Shown: piece by piece, positions 1 through 8,624 of the stretch
How the letters are laid out: every line of letters starts with the position of its first letter
Position numbering within the stretch: position 1 is the stretch's first letter
Notes under the pieces: model-generated
What the model was told of the DNA's origin: nothing
The model's database searches: none
What the model saw: the letters and a program-made list of their open reading frames with translations, nothing else
Translations under genes and position numbers: made by a program
Assembly: GCA_016782605.1 (NCBI GenBank)
Contig: JADHYE010000003.1
Span: forward strand, 6,852 to 70,851
DNA: 64,000 nt
Direction: 5' to 3'
From: Minisyncoccota bacterium
Lineage (GTDB): Bacteria > Patescibacteriota > Minisyncoccia > Minisyncoccales > RBG-13-42-11

Positions 1-888
1 GTCAATAATGTCTGCTACTATTTCTAATGCCTGGGCAATGGGCAAACCTCCGGAAATTAAAGTTGAAAGGTTTTCAGCAAAACGGTTGATAAAAATCATT
101 TTGAACAAAGGGCTGAACAAAGGTAACTTGAGCAAAATATTATCAAAAAACCTTCTCCCTTTTTCAGTGCGGTAATATCTCAGGCCAAAAATCACTAAAA
201 AAACAAATATCAGCAAGATCGCTAATCCGAACTGCCTGAAAAATTCAGCTATCGCTATGATAATCTGCGTTATCAAAGGCAGGGTTTCTCCACTAGCTTC
301 CAAAACTTCAGAAAGATGGGGAATAACGAAAAACACCAACAAGGCTAAAATCAGGAAAACGACAAAAAGAACCAGAAGAGGATAAAGCATGGCGCCCTTT
401 ACCCTGCCTAATAAATGATATTCCCTTTCCAAATGCTCTGCTAAATAATCCAAGACTTCGGAAAGCTTTCCGGAAACCTCGCCTGATTTTATCATGGCAA
501 TATAAAAGGAAGAGAAAATGTTGGGATAATTAGACAAAGCGCCAGAAAAAGAGCTGCCGCCTTCCACATCATCCGATATCTTTAAAATCTTTTCTTTGAA
601 CTCAAAACTCTGTGACTGGGAAGAAAGAACTCTCAGGGATTCAACCAAAGGCACCCTGGATCTGAACATAATGGACAGCTGCCGGGAAAACAAAACTACG
701 TCTTTTTGGGAAATTTTCTCAAAAAGCTTTATCCTAGTAGCATAAAAAGGCTGGACCGCTTCTTCCAGAAAAGTGACGTATAAACCGTATTTCTGCAAAA
801 GGTTGATTGCCCCCTCTTTTGAGGAAGCTTCAACCTGGCCAGCTCTAATTTCGCCTGTTTTAGTGCGGACTTGATAGTTGAATTTCAC
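1..888 (-). CDS. pilC: T4P platform protein PilC/GspF family, 5' part (3' end off-window), GTG start
   Basis: Manual minus-strand translation gives (M)KFNYQVRTKTGEIRAGQVEASSKEGAINLLQKYGLYVTFLEE ... FINRFAENLSTLISGGLPIAQALEIVADIID. The frame opens after TAA 907-909 and the only start candidate is GTG 888-886. Confidence 0.85.
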   Translation of the reverse strand, partial: MKFNYQVRTKTGEIRAGQVEASSKEGAINLLQKYGLYVTFLEEAVQPFYATRIKLFEKISQKDVVLFSRQLSIMFRSRVPLVESLRVLSSQSQSFEFKEKILKISDDVEGGSSFSGALSNYPNIFSSFYIAMIKSGEVSGKLSEVLDYLAEHLEREYHLLGRVKGAMLYPLLVLFVVFLILALLVFFVIPHLSEVLEASGETLPLITQIIIAIAEFFRQFGLAILLIFVFLVIFGLRYYRTEKGRRFFDNILLKLPLFSPLFKMIFINRFAENLSTLISGGLPIAQALEIVADIID

Positions 889-1021
889 CCCGTTAGAAGT
901 CTGTCTTTATATGATTAAGACAATCAATTTAAACAGACCTTTATTTATTTGTTATACCCCATTATTGCAGAACAGAAAAAATTTAAATTTAAATTTTTTC
1001 TCTCCAAGACTTCTAACGGGG
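888..1021 (-). mobile_element. 134-bp non-coding TIR element, copy 1 (MITE-like), between pilT stop and pilC start
   Basis: TIRs are CCCCGTTAGAAGTCT (888-902) and AGACTTCTAACGGGG (1007-1021). Direct TTCA flanks lie at 884-887 and 1022-1025. A near-identical copy lies at 25322-25454. Confidence 0.8.
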
Positions 1022-1029
1022 TTCATAAA

Positions 1030-2121
1030 CTATCTTATAAGTATCTTGAGCTCAGAAGGGTTCAAAGAATAATTAAGTGCGTTTTCCAAGGAAATTTCTT
1101 TATTTTTTACCAAATTAGCCAAAGCTCTGTTTAAAGAAACCATTCCTTTTTCCGCAGAAGTTTCAATGACCAAGGGCAGCTCATGTATCTTGTTCTCTCT
1201 AATTAAATTAGCCACAGCCGGCGTAGCCAGCATTATTTCGCAGGCAGGAATCAAGCCTCCTTTTATTCTCGGCACCAAGCGCTGAGAGATTACACCGAGC
1301 AAGGAACCTGACAACTGGGCTCTGACCTGGCCCTGCTGTTCCGGAGGAAAAGAATCAACGATTCTGTGTATGCTCTGGCTGGCAGAATTGGTATGCAAAG
1401 TGGCAAAAACCAGATGCCCGGTTTCAGCAGCTGTAATAGCAATGGCAATTGTTTCAGGGTCCCTCATTTCCCCCACCATGATAACGTCAGGATCCTGGCG
1501 GAAAGTGGAACGAAGCGCCCTGGAAAAACTAAGGGTGTCCTGATAAACCTCTCTCTGGTCAATTATGCTTCTATCGTCTTGGAAAATATATTCAATCGGG
1601 TCTTCAATGGTAATGATATGGTCTTTTCTAGTCCTATTTATCTCGTCTATCAAGGCAGCTAAAGTCGTTGATTTGCCGTGGCTGGAAGGTCCGGTAATTA
1701 AAACAAAGCCTTGGGATGCTTTGGTGAATTCGTGCAAAAGAGGAGGAAGATTCAACTGTTCAATAGTTTTAACTTCTGCTGGCACCTGACGAAGGGCAAT
1801 GGAAATTTCCTCTCTCTGGAAGAAAACGTTAACTCTGAACCTTGCTTTGTCTTCAAAATTATATGAAAAGTCAATTTCTTTCTCTCCTAAAAAGTTTTGA
1901 TACTGTTCAGTATTCATTAAAGCTTTTGTCAGCTCCTGCATGTCGCTTGAAATCAAAACCGGCTCTTTCAAAAGAGGGACCAAAGTGCCTGACACTCTCA
2001 AGACAGGCTGGTGCCCGACCGAAAGATGCAAGTCGGAAGCTTGTTCTTTTATGGTTATCTCAAGGAATTCTTTTAATTTGACTATGTGGTTTCCGTCTAC
2101 GACGTTGGGTGTTTTTTTCAT
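1030..2121 (-). CDS. pilT: twitching-motility (retraction) ATPase PilT
   Basis: 363 aa with Walker A GPSSHGKSTT, EDPIEY, MVGEMRD and TLHTNSA, the PilT-size secretion ATPase pattern. Confidence 0.9.
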   Translation of the reverse strand: MKKTPNVVDGNHIVKLKEFLEITIKEQASDLHLSVGHQPVLRVSGTLVPLLKEPVLISSDMQELTKALMNTEQYQNFLGEKEIDFSYNFEDKARFRVNVFFQREEISIALRQVPAEVKTIEQLNLPPLLHEFTKASQGFVLITGPSSHGKSTTLAALIDEINRTRKDHIITIEDPIEYIFQDDRSIIDQREVYQDTLSFSRALRSTFRQDPDVIMVGEMRDPETIAIAITAAETGHLVFATLHTNSASQSIHRIVDSFPPEQQGQVRAQLSGSLLGVISQRLVPRIKGGLIPACEIMLATPAVANLIRENKIHELPLVIETSAEKGMVSLNRALANLVKNKEISLENALNYSLNPSELKILIR

Positions 2122-2480
2122 ATGATTTTTTTGATTTCTTCCACTACCTGACTAGGCGTGTAGTGGGCTTTAATTAAGTATTTGCTGACTCCCAAATTTA
2201 TTCCTTTCTCAACCTCTTCTTTTTGGCCGAGATTTGAAAGAATGATTATTTTTAAATCTTTAAGAGTTGCCTCTGATTTTATGCTTCTGAGGATTTCCCA
2301 GCCGTCAACCTTGGGCAAAACAATATCCAAAAGAACCAAGTCAGGCTTTTTTGCTTTCACTTTTTCCAAAGCCTGCTCTCCGTCAGAAGCCACTTCGACT
2401 AAAAATCCTGATTCTTTCAGCTTTGTCGTATAAATATCTATTAAAAACGGGTCGTCTTCTATTAATAATATTTGTTTCAT
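2118..2480 (-). CDS. single-domain response regulator (CheY-like receiver)
   Basis: 120 aa with IEDD..., DLVLLDIVLPKVDG, ILSN and a conserved K. Its stop overlaps the pilT start (ATGA). Confidence 0.85.
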   Translation of the reverse strand: MKQILLIEDDPFLIDIYTTKLKESGFLVEVASDGEQALEKVKAKKPDLVLLDIVLPKVDGWEILRSIKSEATLKDLKIIILSNLGQKEEVEKGINLGVSKYLIKAHYTPSQVVEEIKKII

Positions 2481-2532
2481 AAATCGAGTTTTAATTTATT
2501 AGTTCATGGAAAAGAAGATTTATCTTCTTTGA

Positions 2533-4260
2533 CTATTTTTCTTCGGCCACCCTTAATACTTCCTCAATGGTTGTAATGCCCCGCAACGCTTTTAAAATGC
2601 CGTCTTGCTTCATTGTTACCATGCTCTGCTCGTCCGCTTCTTTTTTAATCATGTGTTCGGAAGGCTCTTTTAAAATTATATCAGAAAGCGAAGGCGTTGC
2701 CGATAAAATCTCAAATATTCCGATTCTGCCCGTAAACCCAGCACCGTTGCATTTTGGACAGCCTTTGCTTTTGAAAAGACTGAATGTTTTCTCAATCTTA
2801 AGGGAATTTTTGACTTTCAAAGGAAGCTCCTCAATTTCTTTTAGGATAATGTCTCTGATTTTGGGATTGGGCTTTATCTCTTCTTTGCAGTCGTCGCACA
2901 GCCTCCTGATTAATCTCTGGGCCATGGCTAATTGGAGTGTTGAAGGAATCAAATACGGCTCAATGCCCATATCAACCAATCTCGGGATAACGCCCAGAGC
3001 ATTGGAAGTATGCAAAGTTGAAAGAACAATGTGGCCGGTTAGGGCAGCATGGATAACCAAGCTGGCTGTTTCCTTATCTCTGATTTCACCGACCATAATA
3101 ATGTCAGGGTCCTGCCTTAATATCTGGCGGAGGCCGGAAGCAAAACTGTAGCCGATTTCCGGCCTTACCTGGGACTGGTTTATGCCTTCAATAAAATATT
3201 CCACCGGGTCTTCCAAGGTTACAATATTCACCCCTTCTTTATTCAATAACTGCAAAATGGCATAGAGCGTAGTTGTTTTACCGCAGCCTGTGGGACCGGT
3301 AGCCAGTATTAATCCGTAGGGCTTTGAAATACCCTCCTGCACCACCTCCAGATTCCTGCTTTCCAAACCCAATGCCTCAAAGCTTTTCAAGCCGGTTTCA
3401 GGATCCAATACCCTGATAGCTGCTTTTTCTCCCATGGTAGTGGGAAAAGTAGAAACACGGAAATCAATGGACTTTGTGTTTATTTTCGTGGAAAACCTGC
3501 CGTCCTGGGGAATCCTTGTTTCATCAATTTTCAAGTTAGAAAGTATTTTTATTCTGGCAATAACTGCCTGACTGATATTCAAAGGCAAGAATATAGAAGA
3601 GTACAGTATGCCCAATAGCCTGAATCTGATTCTCAGTTTGTCTTTGGCCGGCTCAATATGAATGTCAGAAGCATTGCCCTCTACCGCATGCCTCAAAATA
3701 ACAGCAACGATTTTGGTGATCGGCGCTTCTTCTGTCATCCTCTGAAACTCAACCCGAGTCAATGGTTTTTTCTTTCCTTTTTCTTCCTTCAACTCAGTTT
3801 CCAGCTCTTCTAAAGCTATGCCAACTTCTTTTTTCAAGTTGCTGTATTGCTTTAAAAGATCTTTAAAAGTTTTGTCAGTAATTAAGAAAATGCGGTAATT
3901 GAAATTTCCCTGTCTAGCCAGAAACTTCAAAGCTTCCTGGGCTTTCAAATCTTCAGGGTAAACCATGCCCACTTCTAAATCTTTTTCTGTTTTCTGTATG
4001 GGAATCATCTGGTAGTATTTGGCTGTTTCCTCAGGAATTAATTCCAAAGTCTGTAAAGGAACTTTTTCAATCACCACCTCTTTCAAAGGTATTTTTAAAG
4101 ATTCGCTTTTAATGCTAAAAAGCTCTATCTCCGGAATCAAACCTGATTCCAAAATCACCTCTTCTTCTCTTCTGTTTGAACTTTTGATTCCTTTTTCCAG
4201 GGAATCGCTCTTTTCTTTGTCCAGTATTCCTTTTTCAATTAATTTTTTAAGTAAAGACAT
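2533..4260 (-). CDS. pilB: T4P assembly ATPase PilB/GspE family
   Basis: 575 aa with GPTGCGKTTT, EDPVEY, MVGEIRD, TLHTSNA and C-terminal CDDC...CPKCNG zinc motifs. Confidence 0.9.
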   Translation of the reverse strand: MSLLKKLIEKGILDKEKSDSLEKGIKSSNRREEEVILESGLIPEIELFSIKSESLKIPLKEVVIEKVPLQTLELIPEETAKYYQMIPIQKTEKDLEVGMVYPEDLKAQEALKFLARQGNFNYRIFLITDKTFKDLLKQYSNLKKEVGIALEELETELKEEKGKKKPLTRVEFQRMTEEAPITKIVAVILRHAVEGNASDIHIEPAKDKLRIRFRLLGILYSSIFLPLNISQAVIARIKILSNLKIDETRIPQDGRFSTKINTKSIDFRVSTFPTTMGEKAAIRVLDPETGLKSFEALGLESRNLEVVQEGISKPYGLILATGPTGCGKTTTLYAILQLLNKEGVNIVTLEDPVEYFIEGINQSQVRPEIGYSFASGLRQILRQDPDIIMVGEIRDKETASLVIHAALTGHIVLSTLHTSNALGVIPRLVDMGIEPYLIPSTLQLAMAQRLIRRLCDDCKEEIKPNPKIRDIILKEIEELPLKVKNSLKIEKTFSLFKSKGCPKCNGAGFTGRIGIFEILSATPSLSDIILKEPSEHMIKKEADEQSMVTMKQDGILKALRGITTIEEVLRVAEEK

Positions 4261-4405
4261 ATTGTGGTATTACCTAATTATGTCGCGGCACGTCCCGCTT
4301 ACAGCGGGACTAACACCGCTCCTTAAAAACCCTCTGTTTTTAATATTTTCCTATACGGAGAAACCGAATGGTTTCCCCGACCCCCTTCCGATATCACAAA
4401 TAATA
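4261..4405 (-). promoter_or_regulatory. GC-rich structured leader upstream of pilB
   Basis: Hairpins GTCCCGC-TTACA-GCGGGAC (4292-4310) and GGAGAAACC-GAAT-GGTTTCCCC (4357-4378) lie in an otherwise AT-rich genome. Confidence 0.4.
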
Positions 4406-4726
4406 CTAATAGGGCAAGAAGGGATTTTCCCTGCCAATACTTACTCCCGGTATTTTTTCTCCTTCTTCGGTTTCCGAAGGAGCAATTTCTTTAAAGGGCT
4501 CTATTTCCGGAAAAGGAATGAGATTTTGCAAATCCTGGCCGATCAGCTTGTTAAAATCGATCTTTATCTCTTTTTTCGGAATAAGGGAGGACTCTTCAAT
4601 AAGAAGAGACTCTTGCTTTTTGGAAACTCCCTGCCAAATAATAATCAGCGTAATAATAACTATAAAAACGAAAACAACGACTAAGCTCTTTTGGAAATTT
4701 TTCTGTTGTAGGAAAATAATAGCCAT
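4406..4726 (-). CDS. small single-pass membrane protein of T4P locus 1 (PilP-like position, C-terminal NPF motif)
   Basis: 106 aa with an N-terminal TM helix, ending GRENPFLPY. It occupies the same position as 39032-39346 (...DPFQVG) in locus 2. Confidence 0.5.
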   Translation of the reverse strand: MAIIFLQQKNFQKSLVVVFVFIVIITLIIIWQGVSKKQESLLIEESSLIPKKEIKIDFNKLIGQDLQNLIPFPEIEPFKEIAPSETEEGEKIPGVSIGRENPFLPY

Positions 4727-4727
4727 T

Positions 4728-5267
4728 TTAGTAAGAATGAATTTTTATCTTCAAAGCAACGCTGAACAAATCTTCCTTGGTCGGGGAAGTAAAAGAAATG
4801 TCTTCTACCTCAATAAGCCTAGCTGATTTTTCTAAAACAACAAGAAAGCTTTTTAAAGCGGTATAGGAGCCAGAAATCTTTAAACTCATTGATATTTCCT
4901 TGACGTTAGTCATGCCTCCGGCAGCAGTAACAGTAAAAGGGCTTACGTTTTCCAAAACTAGACCTGACTGGCTGCAGGCTAACTGAATGAAATTAAGCAG
5001 GGAAGGCATATCAATGGAATCTGGCAAAGCAGAATCGATTTTTGACGTTGCTTCGCTGTTTTCTGCCAGCTTGGCTTTTACCGTGTCAATTTCTGCAAAA
5101 TACTGCTCTTGTTCTTCTATTTCCATCTTTTTGATGTTAATGCTGTTTTGCAATTCTTTCAGGCTTTGGTATTTAGGCCACAAAAGAGTCGGCCCCAAAA
5201 TAAGGGAAAAAACAAAACAGCCGATAATAATAATTGGAATAAAATCTATAAGATTGAACCTGCTCAT
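4728..5267 (-). CDS. pilO: T4P assembly protein PilO-like
   Basis: 179 aa with an N-terminal TM, a coiled coil and a C-terminal domain. It sits in pilM-pilN-pilO order. Confidence 0.65.
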   Translation of the reverse strand: MSRFNLIDFIPIIIIGCFVFSLILGPTLLWPKYQSLKELQNSINIKKMEIEEQEQYFAEIDTVKAKLAENSEATSKIDSALPDSIDMPSLLNFIQLACSQSGLVLENVSPFTVTAAGGMTNVKEISMSLKISGSYTALKSFLVVLEKSARLIEVEDISFTSPTKEDLFSVALKIKIHSY

Positions 5268-5788
5268 CTTAAAATACCGGGTTTAATAGATATTGATAAT
5301 TCAAAATCAACGTTTCTTTCCTTACTTATGGAAACTTTCTGCAAATCCACTTTCGAAACCCAATCGCTTTGTTTAAGAATTAAAATCTGCTGGCCGAGAA
5401 TTTCAAAAGTCGGCGTTTTCCCGGATAGAATCATCTTGTCCCCTGTGGTATTCAGGTTAAATTTCAAAAACCAAGTTTGGGGATGCGAAGACTGCTGAAT
5501 CAAATCAAAAATCTTGGAACTTCTTGTGTGTTGGTCAAGCAGCTGGAAAAAATATCCAATCTTGTTGTTGTATTTTAAAACCTCTCTTTCTGCCGCACTC
5601 CTTTCCAATGACCTTAACTCATTCAAAGACATAGTTAATCCCTGGAGAACATCGCCAGCTCTTTTCACGGAACTGCTCAAAATGAAATAGCTCAAAATAG
5701 ATAAAAGCAGAATAATCAAAAAAGCGAAAAGCAGGTTATTCAGCCAACCTGGTAATCTTGCGGTTTCTTTTGGTATTATTCCAACCAT
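5264..5788 (-). CDS. pilN: T4P assembly protein PilN-like
   Basis: 174 aa bitopic membrane protein directly after pilM, with overlapping stop and start. Confidence 0.55.
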   Translation of the reverse strand: MVGIIPKETARLPGWLNNLLFAFLIILLLSILSYFILSSSVKRAGDVLQGLTMSLNELRSLERSAAEREVLKYNNKIGYFFQLLDQHTRSSKIFDLIQQSSHPQTWFLKFNLNTTGDKMILSGKTPTFEILGQQILILKQSDWVSKVDLQKVSISKERNVDFELSISIKPGILR

Positions 5789-5791
5789 ATA

Positions 5792-6886
5792 TTAGTATTC
5801 CAAACCTCTTAAAGCTGTTCCGACAGCTATGGAATAGCCGGGTCCCATTTCTTTTAACTTTTCTTCCAAAATGGGAGGGTAAAAAATATTCGTAAAAGGA
5901 TTGGCAATTTCCACTTCCTTGTTTAAGGTTTCTTCAAAATACTCTTTTAACCCTGGAAGCAGAGCCGTACCGCCGGCAATTATCACCTTTTGGATTTCTT
6001 TTTTCTCCTGCTGATAAAAAGTATTGCATATTCCCTGGACCTCTCTCAGAATAACATCGATCAAGGGAAGAAGTATTGATCTAATATTTTGAACGTTTTG
6101 CCCTTCTTCAACAGTTAAGGGCCTTATGCCGTATTGCCTCTTTATTTTCTCAGCTTTAGCAAAACCAATACTCAAAGATTGGGCAACCATTGAAGTAAAA
6201 TCATCTCCTGACGTATCAAAGCTGTGAGAACTTTTTAAGGCTCTTTTATCGACAATAGTACAGGTAGTGCTTTGCGCCCCGATATCTATTAAAGCAATTG
6301 GTCTTTTTTCTTCTTCTCCTACTAAAGCTCTCATCAAGCTGAAAGCTTCCGCTTCCAAGGAAAACAATTCCATTTGGGAAAGCTTGGCAATCTCCTGGTA
6401 CTGGCTTATTATTTCGTTGGGAGCAGCTACCAAAAGAATTTTGAATCCTTTTTTCCCGTTAGCTAATGGCTTATCACCAATTATCTGCCAGTCAAGGGTT
6501 ACCTCTGATAAAGGAAGGGGAATATATTGCTTAGCTTCGTATTTAATGGCCTGGGGCAGTTCTTCCCTGGTCATTGACGGCAAATTGAAATTAGTGAAAA
6601 AAGTAGAAAAATCGGGAATGGAAAAAACCACTTTCTGAGTTTTAATGCCAGCTTCCTCTTTGACCGCCTTTATCGCTTTAGCAACGTCTTTATTGGAAAG
6701 AGATAAGGTATTTTTATCAAATGTTCTGAATGGCTTGTCGTAAAAAACAGAAGCGGAAATCTGACCGTAATTCTCCAATTTTCTCTGGTGGCCGAACCTA
6801 TACATTTCCACCATCTTAACGTAAGAAGTGCCAATATCTATTCCTAAGAATTTTCTGGGCAGCAATGCCTGAATGAAATTCCACAT
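5792..6886 (-). CDS. pilM: T4P assembly ATPase-fold protein PilM
   Basis: 364 aa with actin-like motifs GIDIGTSYVKMVE, IDIGAQSTT and IIAGGTALLPGL. Confidence 0.85.
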   Translation of the reverse strand: MWNFIQALLPRKFLGIDIGTSYVKMVEMYRFGHQRKLENYGQISASVFYDKPFRTFDKNTLSLSNKDVAKAIKAVKEEAGIKTQKVVFSIPDFSTFFTNFNLPSMTREELPQAIKYEAKQYIPLPLSEVTLDWQIIGDKPLANGKKGFKILLVAAPNEIISQYQEIAKLSQMELFSLEAEAFSLMRALVGEEEKRPIALIDIGAQSTTCTIVDKRALKSSHSFDTSGDDFTSMVAQSLSIGFAKAEKIKRQYGIRPLTVEEGQNVQNIRSILLPLIDVILREVQGICNTFYQQEKKEIQKVIIAGGTALLPGLKEYFEETLNKEVEIANPFTNIFYPPILEEKLKEMGPGYSIAVGTALRGLEY

Positions 6887-6935
6887 AATGTTTTTTTATT
6901 ATACTATGAATATTGTCTAAAAAGAATAGTAATCC

Positions 6936-7340
6936 ATGTGGATAAAAACCAAAAACCTTGCCAAGGAACTCAAGGAACCCTTCTCTTCTTTAATAATATC
7001 TCACTTTCAATTAATGGACAACCAGCCTGATTTCAAGGATTTTTCATTGATTCCCGTACCTTTGCATATTAAAAGGTTGAAATGGCGTGGCTTCAACCAG
7101 GCAGAAGAATTGAGCAAGGAACTGAGTGAATTCTTTAAAATTCCCTTGATTACAAACTGCCTGATAAAAAAAACTGACAAAAAAGAATTTTTAATAAAAG
7201 ACAATGAGTTCGTTAGAGACAAAAACATTCTGCTGGTTGACGACTTTTTCTCAACTGGTTCAACTATGGAAGAATGCGCAAAAACTTTGAAAGAAGCTCA
7301 AGCCAGAAAAGTCATCGGACTGGTTATCGCCAGAGAATAA
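6936..7340 (+). CDS. ComF-family phosphoribosyltransferase-domain protein (short form)
   Basis: Motifs LIPVPLHIKRLKWRGFNQAEEL and PRT motif ILLVDDFFSTGSTMEE. Only 134 aa, and no N-terminal Cys-rich region is visible. Confidence 0.7.
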   Translation: MWIKTKNLAKELKEPFSSLIISHFQLMDNQPDFKDFSLIPVPLHIKRLKWRGFNQAEELSKELSEFFKIPLITNCLIKKTDKKEFLIKDNEFVRDKNILLVDDFFSTGSTMEECAKTLKEAQARKVIGLVIARE

Positions 7341-7388
7341 AAAATCCGCAAAAAGCATGATTTTTTAATTCGTTCTACCAAAAACAAT

Positions 7389-7985
7389 TTAAAGAATATT
7401 AATCCAAAATAATTCAGTCTGTAAAAAGTGGAATGAAACAATAGTCAAAAGGGCAAAAACATAAATCAAGATCCATTGGAAATGGAGCAAACGTTGCTGA
7501 TACGTAGCGATAATGCTTTTACGGTTCTGCTGTAACGCTTGAATAGCGCCCCAGATGCCGTCGAACAGATTATTGTTTTTTACCTGATCTGCCTCCTTAT
7601 CGGTAACGCTTCCCATGGCTTTGGTTAGTCGCGTAATAGTGGTTGAAGGATGAAACTCATTATATGCCCAATCGTTATGTTTAAGAATTCTTGTATAGTG
7701 TTCTCTGATAATTTCCCGCATTTCTGAATGTATTCTTGGATAAACCATAAAAACTCTATAGAGAGTCGAATAAAGTCCGTCTCGTTCCGCAATAATATCA
7801 ACGATTTTATTGTAACGATCATTCTGCCTGGCAATGAAAAAGCCGGAGAACAAAGCGAAAAAGAAAACGCTCGCTACCGCTAATTGCGAGGCGAGATCAA
7901 TCGAAATGTTTAATTTTGCTACAAAAACAAAAACTGAGAATAAAATTACAAAAATAACAGATAGAAAAATATATGATTTATTCAT
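7389..7985 (-). CDS. hypothetical membrane protein (DUF4239-like topology)
   Basis: 198 aa with two N-terminal and two C-terminal hydrophobic helices flanking a soluble core. Confidence 0.4.
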   Translation of the reverse strand: MNKSYIFLSVIFVILFSVFVFVAKLNISIDLASQLAVASVFFFALFSGFFIARQNDRYNKIVDIIAERDGLYSTLYRVFMVYPRIHSEMREIIREHYTRILKHNDWAYNEFHPSTTITRLTKAMGSVTDKEADQVKNNNLFDGIWGAIQALQQNRKSIIATYQQRLLHFQWILIYVFALLTIVSFHFLQTELFWINIL

Positions 7986-8205
7986 GCGTTTGTTTAATCA
8001 GTATATTAAAAAAACAAATAGCTGTCAAAATAAAAAATATATTTGCTAATTATTCTTATAATTAGCGGGACATTCGGGTTAAGTACCCGGGGAGACGCTC
8101 CTTATAGAGGCATTGTAGGACTTTTTTAAGGATTTTACCAGCGCGGAATTGAGGCATGCGGGTCACTACTCACTCGCTACTAATTGGGTTGCGCTGGGAA
8201 ACCTT

Positions 8206-8457
8206 TTAGCTTAAATAATTTCTTAAAATTTTCTTTAAACTTCTTAATCCCCATCCGGATTTCAAATATAATTCTCTGTTCTTTGCGTCCTTTTGACTCA
8301 GGAACGCTTCATAAAATATAAGTTTATATGGACGAAATGGTTTTGTCGCAACGCTTTTCCCATCATTATGTTCCTTGAATCTCTTTTTTAAATCAGTCGT
8401 ATAACCGATATACAAAGATTTATTTTTTAGACTTTGAAGAATATAAACATAATACAT
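8206..8457 (-). CDS. GIY-YIG nuclease-domain protein (small stand-alone)
   Basis: MYYVYILQSLKNKSLYIGYTTDLKKRFKEHN...; shows the GIY..YIG..R..E..N pattern. Confidence 0.85.
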   Translation of the reverse strand: MYYVYILQSLKNKSLYIGYTTDLKKRFKEHNDGKSVATKPFRPYKLIFYEAFLSQKDAKNRELYLKSGWGLRSLKKILRNYLS

Positions 8458-8540
8458 ATTGAAGGCGAAACGTAATAAATTTGCAAAGCAAATTTAAACG
8501 TTTCAGCAACGTAAAAATTTCTCTGAAATTTTGTACGTTG
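8458..8540 (-). repeat. conserved double-hairpin spacer between tRNA-Ser and GIY-YIG, copy 1
   Basis: Nearly identical to 12595-12676. Contains hairpins CAACGTA..TACGTTG and GAAACGTTTAAATTTGC/GCAAATTT..CGTTTC. Confidence 0.85.
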
Positions 8541-8624
8541 CGGAGGGGGTGGGATTCGAACCCACGAGTCCTTGCGGACGTCGGTTTTCAAAACCGATGG
8601 AATAAGCCGCTATCCGACCCCTCC
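8541..8624 (-). tRNA. tRNA-Ser(TGA)
   Basis: Hand-folded cloverleaf: acceptor GGAGGGG/CCCCTCC, loop TTTGAAA, long variable arm GTCC-GCAA-GGAC and T-arm GTGGG-TTCGAAT-CCCAC. Confidence 0.9.

Noticed and set aside
888-1021. Short ORF starting at the element's ATGAACCCC (MNPVRSL...) in both TIR-element copies
   Set aside because: The two copies share only the first 7 codons, which are the TIR itself. They then diverge in sequence, length and stop position, so the ORF is not conserved coding sequence.
4261-4405. Cyclic-di-GMP riboswitch upstream of pilB
   Set aside because: I could not find the conserved GEMM-type sequence blocks or a tetraloop-receptor arrangement. Only generic GC hairpins are present.
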